NCBI GenBank assembly: GCA_002362105.1
Contig: DETD01000026.1
Span: 1,139 to 65,138 of the forward strand
Direction: 5' to 3'
DNA from: Bacteroidales bacterium UBA3297
GTDB lineage: Bacteria; Bacteroidota; Bacteroidia; Bacteroidales; Paludibacteraceae
Length of the DNA stretch: 64,000 nt
The position numbers and the translations under genes are program-made. How positions within the stretch are numbered: position 1 is the first letter of the stretch; the number at the start of each line of letters is the position of its first letter. This document shows positions 55,701 through 63,031 of the stretch, in pieces. The notes under the pieces are model-generated. The model made no database searches. It was not told the DNA's origin and saw only the letters and a list, made by a program, of their open reading frames with translations.

Positions 55701-56654
55701 GTCGGACTGGCAAAACAGTACATGACGGCTATCGGCGGTGTGCTTGAAATGACCAGCGTGCAGGGCAGTGGTACCACCACCAGGCTGAAGGTGCCGTTGG
55801 CGCAGTTTGTGGTAGAAACGGCTACGAAGAAGAGTGAAGAGCCGTCGATTGAGGCTTCTGTCGATGCCGAACTTTTACGTGGCAACACTGTTTTGGTGGT
55901 TGACGACGACCCGCTGATTGCCCAAAACATAAAGGGTATGCTCGACGAGTATGTCGATGTGCTGCTGGCCGCTAATGGTGAAGATGCGTTGGGGGTAGTG
56001 GCTGAACATGCAGTCGATATTGTTGTTACCGATGTCGATATGCCGGTGGTGAACGGCTTTGAACTGGGCCGACGCCTACTTTCTGACCCCGACACCAATC
56101 ATATACCTTTGTTGTTCTTGTCGGCCAGAACGGCGGAAAACGACCGTTTGACCGGTTTGCTGACCGGTGCTGTTGACTATATTACCAAACCTTTCAGCCA
56201 AGGCGAACTGTTGATGAAGCTGAACAACATCTTGTTGCTCCGCCAACGCCAGCAACAGCGCTTGTTGAAAGAAATAGGTAAACTGCCTGCCCCTAGCGAG
56301 ACTCCGGCAGAGGAGGTGAAAGAGGAACCTGAGAAAATCAATCCGTACCTGTTGAAGGTTATTGATGTGATAAGCGAACATTTTCCTGACCCTAACTATA
56401 ATGTTGAATTGCTGGCTTCTGATATGTGCACTTCGCACGTGACGCTTTACCGCAAGGTGAAGTCGCTCTCGGGAAAAACACCGCTCGACCTGCTGACCGA
56501 GTTCAGGCTCAACCGTGCACACCAGCTGTTGGAAGAGGGAAAGACCGATTTGCAGGATGTTGCCTTCCAAACCGGATTTCCCGACTATACGTATTTCTCG
56601 CGTAAGTTTAAAGCCCGTTTTGGCTACCCTCCGAAGGATGTCTCGGCACTTTGA
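52737..56654 (+). CDS. hybrid two-component system regulator (HTCS), paralogue of 41942..45943
   Basis: 1305-aa ORF with the same architecture as the first HTCS and long collinear similarity to it (FLWVATDCGLSRFDG, VVAHDLKNPV, GSGLGVGLAKQYM, VLVVDDDPLIAQNIKGML, GFPDYTYFSRKFKARFGYPP). Confidence 0.9.
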   Translation: MNYLKTLIILCFLVLVSAPASAYAVHSLNFVNYRTSNGLVGNCVNDLAIDSSGFLWVATDCGLSRFDGAVFRNFSTETERSMQDDAVLHVTAVNDGSVVVSGYKGFFKKYNCKADSFVGVTPANFSQTVTSVCYDGLRDVFYAHTAIGTFWSRTSSQFSLCNHLNKKGRINHCMHIDANGNYWLLDGNSLTVYDKSANKVLFQTVVPSAKRSPSPQFIPLPDNRVMACVKVNQIDIYRISSPTSIQLETSVVVPFDGLRCVQKAADGSFWYASDGDGLWYTAGEPSSASSFERVLPYGADNYDFGKLYALLADADGNIWVGTQNSGLWKYSLRGKGRSFSSADFGLPNCPANDFCQLPNGNIVATCDGLGLCEFSETETSVRLYSASDGLKNRNLTTVCSDADGRLLVASWGGGLFDGTPTKNGYTFTPSLFQGIDNPTSKIASSHRFSNGDVWVLTGGDGMYIYQNGHWKRQSLAHNRCLELWPKHWLEVDGEERWVSAPNSLWKFAGGQFFLFNESWFMGSGAYAVSDIVYLDSIGVVCATDSGLFIVDEAKHKFNRYEKCPHKLVSSMVVDNKGRLLVTVDNSIWRFDLKNDLAERYPRNFDINGRNFFVQHSSFCSRSGNVYFGTANGFICITEKDFQVENVAPSLSFSRIMADGEKVYIENGHHITLSYGHSSLSVSVDMVDYSPLRSPLVYRLNKNDEWKNMQPDQTIRFNFLPTGHYTIQVKCLNAENADILELFVEVEAPWWQTWWFRSGCVALLLLLLGWRLYSMNRDRIVLKQKVEERTKELNDALSTKNRIMQVVAHDLKNPVFAIYGALEQMRMRSAVWTADERNSALDKVIESTRTVQDELGKLLNWATARQEEQVCHLTNVNLSELVVSEVDLLRLQAREKQIEIVCNLNITRYAYADARMLGTSVRNVLGNSLKFTPSGKTIHVRAWQDSAFAVVEIKDEGVGMSPEQVERLLASEVNDSTRGTAGESGSGLGVGLAKQYMTAIGGVLEMTSVQGSGTTTRLKVPLAQFVVETATKKSEEPSIEASVDAELLRGNTVLVVDDDPLIAQNIKGMLDEYVDVLLAANGEDALGVVAEHAVDIVVTDVDMPVVNGFELGRRLLSDPDTNHIPLLFLSARTAENDRLTGLLTGAVDYITKPFSQGELLMKLNNILLLRQRQQQRLLKEIGKLPAPSETPAEEVKEEPEKINPYLLKVIDVISEHFPDPNYNVELLASDMCTSHVTLYRKVKSLSGKTPLDLLTEFRLNRAHQLLEEGKTDLQDVAFQTGFPDYTYFSRKFKARFGYPPKDVSAL

Positions 56655-56711
56655 AAAATTTACAACACCTGTTTGAAAAAAAAACAGCATTTCATAACCA
56701 GCTGCTAACTA

Positions 56712-56719
56712 TAACTTTG
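56712..56719 (+). promoter_or_regulatory. candidate -7 promoter box (TAACTTTG) for the GH9 genes
   Basis: TAACTTTG lies 90 nt upstream of ATG 56809. Confidence 0.4.
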
Positions 56720-56808
56720 CGACAGAATCAGCCGTGATGGATGGACCTGTCGGTGATTGGTGTTCCATTTTAAATACGGCATCTTGTCTAATACTAAGAA
56801 TGATGCTT

Positions 56809-58638
56809 ATGAATAAACGAATACTTGTTTCTACAGCTATTATAGCTGCTTCGCTTTACACAATAGAAGTCGCCCAGGCACAGGACGATTTCGCATTTAC
56901 GACCGATCAGTACCAGAAGGCGCTGTGGATGACCACACGTTTCTACGGGGCCCAGCGTTCCGGCTATGGGCCAAACTGGCTGACGGCAACCCACGAACCA
57001 ACCAACGTCCCTGCCGAGTGGTTAGATTATGCCGCAAATGCGGTGAAGGGTGTCTCTTATATTAAGGACGCCGACCCTCAAGATGGCTATGATTTGACGG
57101 GTGGTTGGTTCGACTGTGCCGATTATGTGAAATTCGGCCAGACCGAATTTTATTCTGCTTATGTGTTGTTGTTGGGCTATAGCGAGTTCCCTAAGGGGTA
57201 CGGCGACTATTACAGTGCCGACTACAACGGCTACATTGGTAGCAACGACTATTCTTGGGAAGGAAAGGCGGGCGTGCCTAACGGTATTCCCGACATCCTC
57301 GACGAGGTAAAATATGCCACCGACTACTTTATGAAGTGTATGCGTGCCGTCGATACCTTCTATTACCAGGTTGGTGAGGGTGGCATCGACCACAAGGTGT
57401 GGTGTACCTCGGTCTTCAAGTCTGCCCTCCCTAAAGCGTTGGGTGGTGAGGCCGAAGGCTCGCGTACGGTTTACCGCATTAGCGCTAGGGGTACTTCTAT
57501 GGTGGCCCTTTGCGGCGCTTCGCTGGCTGCAATGTCGCGCCTCTATCGTCCATACGATGCGGCTTATGCCGACCTTTGCCAGAAAAAGGCGAAAGTGGCT
57601 TACGACTACATTATGGAGAATCTCGAGGGTAATATTGGTGCTCCCGGCGGTTTCTATGGCGCTAAGGGCCGATATGAACCCGACTGCACCATCTTGCTGA
57701 TGGAGTTGTTCCGTGCTACGGGAGACTCTAGCTACGTTGAACTGGCTTTGGACCCCGATGAAGGTTTTGCCAGCTTTATGTATGGCGATAAAACTTGGAA
57801 CCACGGCTTCTCGTTGTGTTATGGCAATACCGAAGATCTGGCCTACTACCTGATGGGCAACTACGCTGGGGTGACTCTCGCACAAGAACGTCTGAAGAGC
57901 TATGTGTTCGACCTTTACAGACCAGCTTCCGGCTACATACTTAACAAAAAGTATGACAAGTGGGGTATGCTCCGTTACCCAGCCAACCAGGCTTTCGTAT
58001 ACGGACTTTATAACAAGATGGTAGGCAACCTCGAAAAGGTGGACCCTTACAGCCTGGCCTCTGTGGAGTACATTATGGGCAACAACAGTGCTAATTTCTC
58101 CTTTATCACTGGCTTTGGCGACAAGTATGCGCGCTATCCGCACTATAGAAATGTTTACCTCGACGATTCGAACAACATGAGTGAGTGCGAAATCGACGAC
58201 AATCACCGTCAGCTGGGTTATCTGGTGGGTGGCTCGTTCAACCCAGACGAATATCCCGACAATATCAATAACTACCAGACCGGAGAGGGTGGTATCGACT
58301 ACAACGCGGGTTTGGTAGGTGCGTTAGGCTACATCAACTCAATTGTTTGCCCGGTTGAACTGGCTGACACCTCTAGCGCGGTGTCTAAGGTCGATGGCGT
58401 GCAAACCTATCTCTATCCGAATCCGACTACCGACTACATCTTCCTGTCGTCAGCTGAAAATGGCAGTGTCCGTGTTACCGTTTCAAATGCGGAAGGCCAG
58501 CTGGTAAAGCAGGCCGATGCAACTTGGCAGAGCTTGAAAGACAACGGTATTAATGTTTCGGACCTTGTTCGTGGCACTTATGTGTTGAATGTGGCATCGG
58601 CCGCTGGTTCTACAACCAAGTTGTTTGTTAAACGCTAG
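56809..58638 (+). CDS. glycoside hydrolase family 9 endoglucanase with T9SS C-terminal sorting domain
   Basis: Track ORF is 56734..58638. I place the start at ATG 56809 (MNKRILVSTAIIAASLYTIEVAQAQ). It has the GH9 signature DLTGGWFDCADYVKFG and a C-terminal catalytic block (GEGGIDYNAGLVGALGY). The last ~75 aa (LYPNPTTDYIFL...YVLNVASAAGSTTKLFVKR) match the Por_Secre_tail pattern. Confidence 0.8.
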   Translation: MNKRILVSTAIIAASLYTIEVAQAQDDFAFTTDQYQKALWMTTRFYGAQRSGYGPNWLTATHEPTNVPAEWLDYAANAVKGVSYIKDADPQDGYDLTGGWFDCADYVKFGQTEFYSAYVLLLGYSEFPKGYGDYYSADYNGYIGSNDYSWEGKAGVPNGIPDILDEVKYATDYFMKCMRAVDTFYYQVGEGGIDHKVWCTSVFKSALPKALGGEAEGSRTVYRISARGTSMVALCGASLAAMSRLYRPYDAAYADLCQKKAKVAYDYIMENLEGNIGAPGGFYGAKGRYEPDCTILLMELFRATGDSSYVELALDPDEGFASFMYGDKTWNHGFSLCYGNTEDLAYYLMGNYAGVTLAQERLKSYVFDLYRPASGYILNKKYDKWGMLRYPANQAFVYGLYNKMVGNLEKVDPYSLASVEYIMGNNSANFSFITGFGDKYARYPHYRNVYLDDSNNMSECEIDDNHRQLGYLVGGSFNPDEYPDNINNYQTGEGGIDYNAGLVGALGYINSIVCPVELADTSSAVSKVDGVQTYLYPNPTTDYIFLSSAENGSVRVTVSNAEGQLVKQADATWQSLKDNGINVSDLVRGTYVLNVASAAGSTTKLFVKR

Positions 58639-58664
58639 TCTTACTAGCTGAAAAATACGGGACT

Positions 58665-60371
58665 ATGGTTTTAAGAAAAACGGTTCTGCTGTCTGCCTTG
58701 GTTTCTTCCTTGTCGGCCTTTTCACAGGAGATTTGGATTAACCAGTTGGGCTATAGCACTGGTGGCGTGAAGCGCATCCAAGTGGCAGGCGGCAATTCTA
58801 AGTCGTTCTCGCTGGTGGACGAAAAGACCGGGAAGAAGGTCTTTGAGGGCCGGCTTGGCAAACAGGCTTATTGGGACCTGTCGGGCGACAATGTGCAAAC
58901 TGCCGATTTCAGCAGTTTCGCAAAAGAGGGTACCTACAGGATCAAGGTTGGCGATAAGCGTTCGCATCCGTTTCAAATTGCGCGTAAAGGCGTTTACGAT
59001 GAACTGAACCAGTGGGTTATAAAGGCGTTTTACCTCTGGCGGGCGTCAACCCCAATCGAGGCAAAGTACGCTACATTCAAAGGCACCAGTTTCGCCCGTG
59101 CTATGGGTCACCCCGATACGGCGGTCTATTGGAATGCTCCGGCTACTAATGGCGGTATGGCCAATTATGTAGAGCATAAACTTTCCTCGCCGAAAGGGTG
59201 GTACGATGCTGGCGACTATAACAAGTATACAGTAAATGCGGGTTACTCCTGCGAGTTCTTGGGTATGCTGTATGAAATGTACCCTGAGTTTTATCAGCAG
59301 TTGGAATTGAATATCCCAGAATCCGGCAATGGAGTGCCAGACCTTCTAGACGAACTGAAGTGGGAGTTGGACTGGTTGTTGACTATGCAGGACGAAGACG
59401 GCGGCGTCTTTTTTAAACTAACTACAAAAGCCTTTTCAAGGTTCGTGATGCCCGAGTTCGACTTGAACGATCGCTATATGATTGGCAAGTCTACCACGTC
59501 CGCTCTCAATTTTGCCGCAGCTTTGGCAATGGCAGCGCGTCTGTACAAACCGTATGAGGCGCAGTTTCCGGGCTATTCGGGAAAGGCGCTATCAGCGGCT
59601 AAAAAAGCTTTCGAATGGGCGCGTCAGCATCCGTATGTGCCGTTCGCCAATCCGCGCGATGTAACGACTGGCGGTTATACCGACACTTCTTATGTCGACG
59701 AGTTCCAAATGGCGGCTACCGAGTTGCTGGTTACGACAAAGGATGCGCGTTATGCCCAGTACGTCGACCTCGATGCTCTGTTCAACACGCCTACCTGGCC
59801 TTATGTGGCCACTATGCATTTGCTGCAGTTGCAGCTGCACAGCCGCGAGCTGGAGGGGTTGGTCGATGTGAAGAAGGTGGAACGCCAGTTCGTAAAACTG
59901 GCCGACAGCCTTTACACGGCTCACCACCAGTGCGTGGGACTGATTCCGATCGATGTGTTCCGATGGGGCAGTAACTGCGAGGTGGCTGGCGCCGGCTGTA
60001 TTGCCGGTATCGCTTACCGGGTGACTGGCGACAAGAAATACCTTGGTATGGCAGTCGACTGTTTCGATTATCTGCTGGGACGTAATGCGACGGGCTATTG
60101 CTTTGTATCGGGTTTCGGGTCAAAGTCGCCAAAGAATTTGCACGACCGTCGTTGTGAGGCCGACGGTATAGCTGAACCGCTGCCTGGCTACCTCTGTGGC
60201 GGACCAAATGCGGGCGCGAGAATCGATTGCGGCGAAGAACGCTACTCCAAGTTCCCGGCCAGGTCGTATTTCGATGCGAAGTGCAGCTATTCGACCAACG
60301 AGATTGCCGTCAACTGGAATGCCCCTATGGCGTTGCTGACGGGGCTGATTGTAAATGAAATAGACAGATAA
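58665..60371 (+). CDS. glycoside hydrolase family 9 with N-terminal Ig-like (CelD_N-type) domain, no T9SS tail
   Basis: 568-aa ORF with a signal peptide (LSALVSSLSAFSQ) and an N-terminal Ig-like module (IWINQLGYSTGGVKRIQV). GH9 signatures are KGWYDAGDYNKY and STNEIAVNWNAPMALL. Confidence 0.8.
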   Translation: MVLRKTVLLSALVSSLSAFSQEIWINQLGYSTGGVKRIQVAGGNSKSFSLVDEKTGKKVFEGRLGKQAYWDLSGDNVQTADFSSFAKEGTYRIKVGDKRSHPFQIARKGVYDELNQWVIKAFYLWRASTPIEAKYATFKGTSFARAMGHPDTAVYWNAPATNGGMANYVEHKLSSPKGWYDAGDYNKYTVNAGYSCEFLGMLYEMYPEFYQQLELNIPESGNGVPDLLDELKWELDWLLTMQDEDGGVFFKLTTKAFSRFVMPEFDLNDRYMIGKSTTSALNFAAALAMAARLYKPYEAQFPGYSGKALSAAKKAFEWARQHPYVPFANPRDVTTGGYTDTSYVDEFQMAATELLVTTKDARYAQYVDLDALFNTPTWPYVATMHLLQLQLHSRELEGLVDVKKVERQFVKLADSLYTAHHQCVGLIPIDVFRWGSNCEVAGAGCIAGIAYRVTGDKKYLGMAVDCFDYLLGRNATGYCFVSGFGSKSPKNLHDRRCEADGIAEPLPGYLCGGPNAGARIDCGEERYSKFPARSYFDAKCSYSTNEIAVNWNAPMALLTGLIVNEIDR

Positions 60372-60492
60372 TAATATATGATGAAGTACGGACTACAAAT
60401 TAGTATCAGACTCAATATACAAATGAGAAACTACATCTAAATCTAAGAAACTACATCAAGTAACCTGTTTCCTTCGTAAGTCTATCTAAACA

Positions 60493-60533
60493 AAGCAGGA
60501 CACTCCGTGATGGGGTGTCCTGCTTAATTTTTA
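60493..60533. terminator. bidirectional hairpin terminator between GH9 and metA
   Basis: An 11-bp stem, AAGCAGGACAC (60493-60503) pairing with GTGTCCTGCTT (60515-60525), is followed by AATTTTTA. It sits between convergent stops at 60371 (+) and 60548 (-). Confidence 0.6.
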
Positions 60534-60547
60534 TGGTTGTGTTCCCT

Positions 60548-61468
60548 TTATTGGTGCACTTGCTCTATGTCGTAAGGTGTCAACTGGTAGACGAAGTAGT
60601 TGATCCAGTTGTTGTAGAACAGGTTGGCATGGCTGCGCCAGCGCACAATAGGACCTTTCGAAGGGTCGTCGTCTTTGTAGTAGTGCTCAGGCATAAGAAT
60701 GTGCAAGCCTTTGTCGAGATCGCGTTTGTACTCGTTGTCGAGGGTGTTCGGCGCATATTCCGGATGTCCTGTCAGATAGAACTCGCGGCCACCGCGTGCC
60801 GACATCATATAGATGCCCGCCTCTTTCGATTCGCTGAGGATGGTCAGCTCCGGCTCTTTCAGAATGTCGTTCTTGTCTAAACCGATGTGGCGGCTGTGAG
60901 GCACGTAGAACGTGTCGTCGAAACCTCTGAAGATAGGGTGTCTTGGGTCGTTTACCTTGTGCTCGAATATGCCGAAGCATTTTTCGTCTAGCCGCTTCTT
61001 CTGTATGCCGTAGTGGTAGTAGAGGCCGGCAAAGGCGCCCCAGCAGACATACAGGGTCGAGAAAACGTTAGTGCGCGCCCAGTCGAAGATGGTCTTCATC
61101 TCTTCCCAGTAGGTCACCTCTTCGTACTCGTAGTTCTCTAGAGGCGCGCCGGTAATAATCATGCCGTCGTATTTGTGATGCTTCAACTCGCTGAATTTCT
61201 TGTAGAAGGCCAGCATGTGTTCGACCGGAGTGTGGGTCGACTGGTGGCTTTCCAACTGCATCAGGTCTATTTCTAGCTGTAGGGGTGTGTTTGAAAGCAA
61301 ACGGACAAGGTCGGTCTCCGTCGTAATCTTAATTGGCATTAAGTTGAGGATGACAATCTTCAATGGACGGATTTCCTGTGTGGATGCTTCTTCTGTCGTC
61401 TTTACGAAAATGTTTTCGTCTTGCAGCAGTTTGACTGCTGGCAGGTCTTTCGGAATGTTTAATGGCAT
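60548..61468 (-). CDS. metA: homoserine O-acyltransferase (MetA family)
   Basis: 306-aa ORF with N-terminus MPLNIPKDLPAVKLLQDENIFV. MetA blocks are present (ILNLMP, DGMIITGAP, VCWGA). The acyl-donor specificity (acetyl or succinyl) cannot be read from the sequence by eye. Confidence 0.9.
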   Translation of the reverse strand: MPLNIPKDLPAVKLLQDENIFVKTTEEASTQEIRPLKIVILNLMPIKITTETDLVRLLSNTPLQLEIDLMQLESHQSTHTPVEHMLAFYKKFSELKHHKYDGMIITGAPLENYEYEEVTYWEEMKTIFDWARTNVFSTLYVCWGAFAGLYYHYGIQKKRLDEKCFGIFEHKVNDPRHPIFRGFDDTFYVPHSRHIGLDKNDILKEPELTILSESKEAGIYMMSARGGREFYLTGHPEYAPNTLDNEYKRDLDKGLHILMPEHYYKDDDPSKGPIVRWRSHANLFYNNWINYFVYQLTPYDIEQVHQ

Positions 61469-61541
61469 CGTTACCTCCTTTTTTTATGAAAAGTAAGGGC
61501 CAAAGTGTGGACTCTTCCCCCCTCACGTATATTTAGGACTG

Positions 61542-61549
61542 CAAAGATA
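61542..61549 (-). promoter_or_regulatory. candidate -7 promoter box (TATCTTTG) for metA
   Basis: The minus strand reads TATCTTTG, 74 nt upstream of ATG 61468. Confidence 0.4.
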
Positions 61550-61570
61550 ACCATTATTTTTTTAATTGCG

Positions 61571-61578
61571 TATTTTTG
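61571..61578 (+). promoter_or_regulatory. candidate -7 promoter box (TATTTTTG) for the CinA-family gene
   Basis: TATTTTTG overlaps the track start (TTG 61576), which argues for a downstream ATG start at 61594 or 61603. Confidence 0.4.
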
Positions 61579-61593
61579 CATTATCACTATAAT

Positions 61594-62112
61594 ATGGTAT
61601 TTATGCTTGTGGATTTTACAAAGACATGGGATGCGACTGTTGAGGAGGCGGCTAAAATTGTGTTCGACCTGATGCGGGATCGACACCTTACCCTGGCCAC
61701 AGCCGAAAGTTGCACCGGTGGAAACATAGCCCACCACATTACCCTGTTGCCCGGCAGCTCTGAGTTCTTCCTTGGGGGCGTTGTCAGTTATGCCAATTCG
61801 GTGAAGAACGGCGTGCTGGGGGTCGATATGGCCGATATAGAAAAATATGGTGCAGTCAGCCAGCCGGTCGTTGAACAGATGGCCGAAGGGGTGGCGCGCC
61901 TGACGGGGGCCGATGTGGCAGTCGCCACGTCGGGAATAGCAGGCCCGGGGGGCGGAACCGCCGACAAACCGGTAGGTACCGTCTGGATGGCGGCTGCAAA
62001 CGGCGAAAAAACAATTTCGCACTGCTTCCATTTCGGAACGGAACGGCAGAAAAATATTGAAAATGCCACTTCTATGGCTTTTTTTATGATAAAAGCACTT
62101 GTTGATAACTAA
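61594..62112 (+). CDS. CinA-family protein (nicotinamide-nucleotide amidohydrolase PncC-type domain)
   Basis: Track ORF is 61576..62112. I place the start at ATG 61594, although ATG 61603 is equally possible. CinA C-terminal domain blocks are present (TLATAESCTGGNIA, GGVVSYANSVK, ATSGIAGPGGGTADKPVGTVW). Confidence 0.8.
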   Translation: MVFMLVDFTKTWDATVEEAAKIVFDLMRDRHLTLATAESCTGGNIAHHITLLPGSSEFFLGGVVSYANSVKNGVLGVDMADIEKYGAVSQPVVEQMAEGVARLTGADVAVATSGIAGPGGGTADKPVGTVWMAAANGEKTISHCFHFGTERQKNIENATSMAFFMIKALVDN

Positions 62113-62120
62113 TTTTTGAC

Positions 62121-62128
62121 TATCTTTG
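62121..62128 (+). promoter_or_regulatory. candidate -7 promoter box (TATCTTTG) for the rpmB-rpmG operon
   Basis: TATCTTTG lies 188 nt upstream of ATG 62316, implying a long leader. Confidence 0.4.
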
Positions 62129-62315
62129 CGGTCGATATCCACAAAAGGTATTCTCTCCTTTAAGTGGTTGTTATTAAAGTTAGTAGCAAAATCTGAATTG
62201 CAGTTTCTCCACAAAATGGTGCTCTGATGGTTACGCTGCTCGGCTTAGAATAGCCCGAGAATCAGAGATGTCCCGCAATTCTTATTGAGATAATAACATA
62301 AAAGGATAAAATAAA

Positions 62316-62549
62316 ATGTCAAGAATTTGTCAGCTTACCGGAAAGAAAGCTCAGAACGGTAACAACGTTTCTCACTCAAAGAGAAGAACACACAGACTGT
62401 TCAACGTTAATCTTCAGAAAAAGAAGTTCTATTGGCCAGAACAGGGCTGCTTCATCGAAATGAAGGTTTCTGCTAAGGCTATCCGTACTATCAATAAGAA
62501 GGGTATTAACGCTGCCCTTTTGGATGCTGCCAAGAAGGGCTTGGTCTAA
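62316..62549 (+). CDS. rpmB: 50S ribosomal protein L28
   Basis: 77-aa ORF beginning [34 protein letters not shown], which is typical of L28. Confidence 0.95.
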   Translation: MSRICQLTGKKAQNGNNVSHSKRRTHRLFNVNLQKKKFYWPEQGCFIEMKVSAKAIRTINKKGINAALLDAAKKGLV

Positions 62550-62570
62550 TCTTTTAAAATTTTTACGAAA

Positions 62571-62759
62571 ATGGCTAAGAAAAATAAAGAAGCAAGAGTT
62601 CAAGTTATCCTTGAATGCACTGAGATGAAAGAAAGCGGAATGCCTGGTACTTCTCGTTACATCACTACCAAGAACCGTAAGAACTCTCCTGAACGTCTTG
62701 AGTTGAAGAAGTACAACCCAATTCTTCGTAAGTATACTATCCACAAGGAAATCAAGTAA
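62571..62759 (+). CDS. rpmG: 50S ribosomal protein L33
   Basis: 62-aa ORF ([18 protein letters not shown]...[21 protein letters not shown]), typical of L33. Confidence 0.95.
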   Translation: MAKKNKEARVQVILECTEMKESGMPGTSRYITTKNRKNSPERLELKKYNPILRKYTIHKEIK

Positions 62760-62779
62760 TTTTAAATAAGCATTAAATC

Positions 62780-62935
62780 ATGGCAAAGAAAGTAGTTGCT
62801 ACCCTCCAAAAGGGTGAAGGCCGTACCTATTCTAAGGTTATCAAGATGGTTAAGTCTCCAAAGACTGGTGCTTACATTTTCGATGAGAAGATTATTCACA
62901 ACGATGACGTTAAGGACTACCTCGCTAAGAAGTAA
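62780..62935 (+). CDS. small conserved basic protein (DUF4295-type), third gene of the rpmB-rpmG operon
   Basis: It is absent from the supplied ORF track because it is below the length cutoff. My hand translation gives 51 aa: MAKKVVATLQKGEGRTYSKVIKMVKSPKTGAYIFDEKIIHNDDVKDYLAKK, with stop TAA at 62933-62935. It starts 20 nt after rpmG and is followed by a strong terminator. A small gene of this kind downstream of rpmG is typical of Bacteroidota. Confidence 0.75.
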   Translation: MAKKVVATLQKGEGRTYSKVIKMVKSPKTGAYIFDEKIIHNDDVKDYLAKK

Positions 62936-62967
62936 TTCCCTTTTCTGATTCGTATTGAATGAAATAT

Positions 62968-63007
62968 AAAGCAGTTGTGACCGTTTGGGTTACAACTGCT
63001 TTTTTTT
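62968..63007 (+). terminator. rho-independent terminator after the rpmB-rpmG-small-ORF operon
   Basis: A 12-bp stem, GCAGTTGTGACC (62971-62982) pairing with GGTTACAACTGC (62988-62999) with one G-U pair, is followed by T8. Confidence 0.7.
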
Positions 63008-63014
63008 ATTTTTG
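63007..63014 (+). promoter_or_regulatory. candidate -7 promoter box (TATTTTTG)
   Basis: TATTTTTG lies 18 nt upstream of ATG 63032. Confidence 0.4.
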
Positions 63015-63031
63015 CAAAAACACTTCTAATT

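Noticed and set aside
60426-60457. A 12-nt direct repeat, AGAAACTACATC, occurs twice with a 20-nt period downstream of the second GH9 gene. A 20-codon ORF begins at 60380.
   Set aside because: Two copies of a 12-mer in an AT-rich spacer are weak evidence. The mini-ORF has no supporting features.
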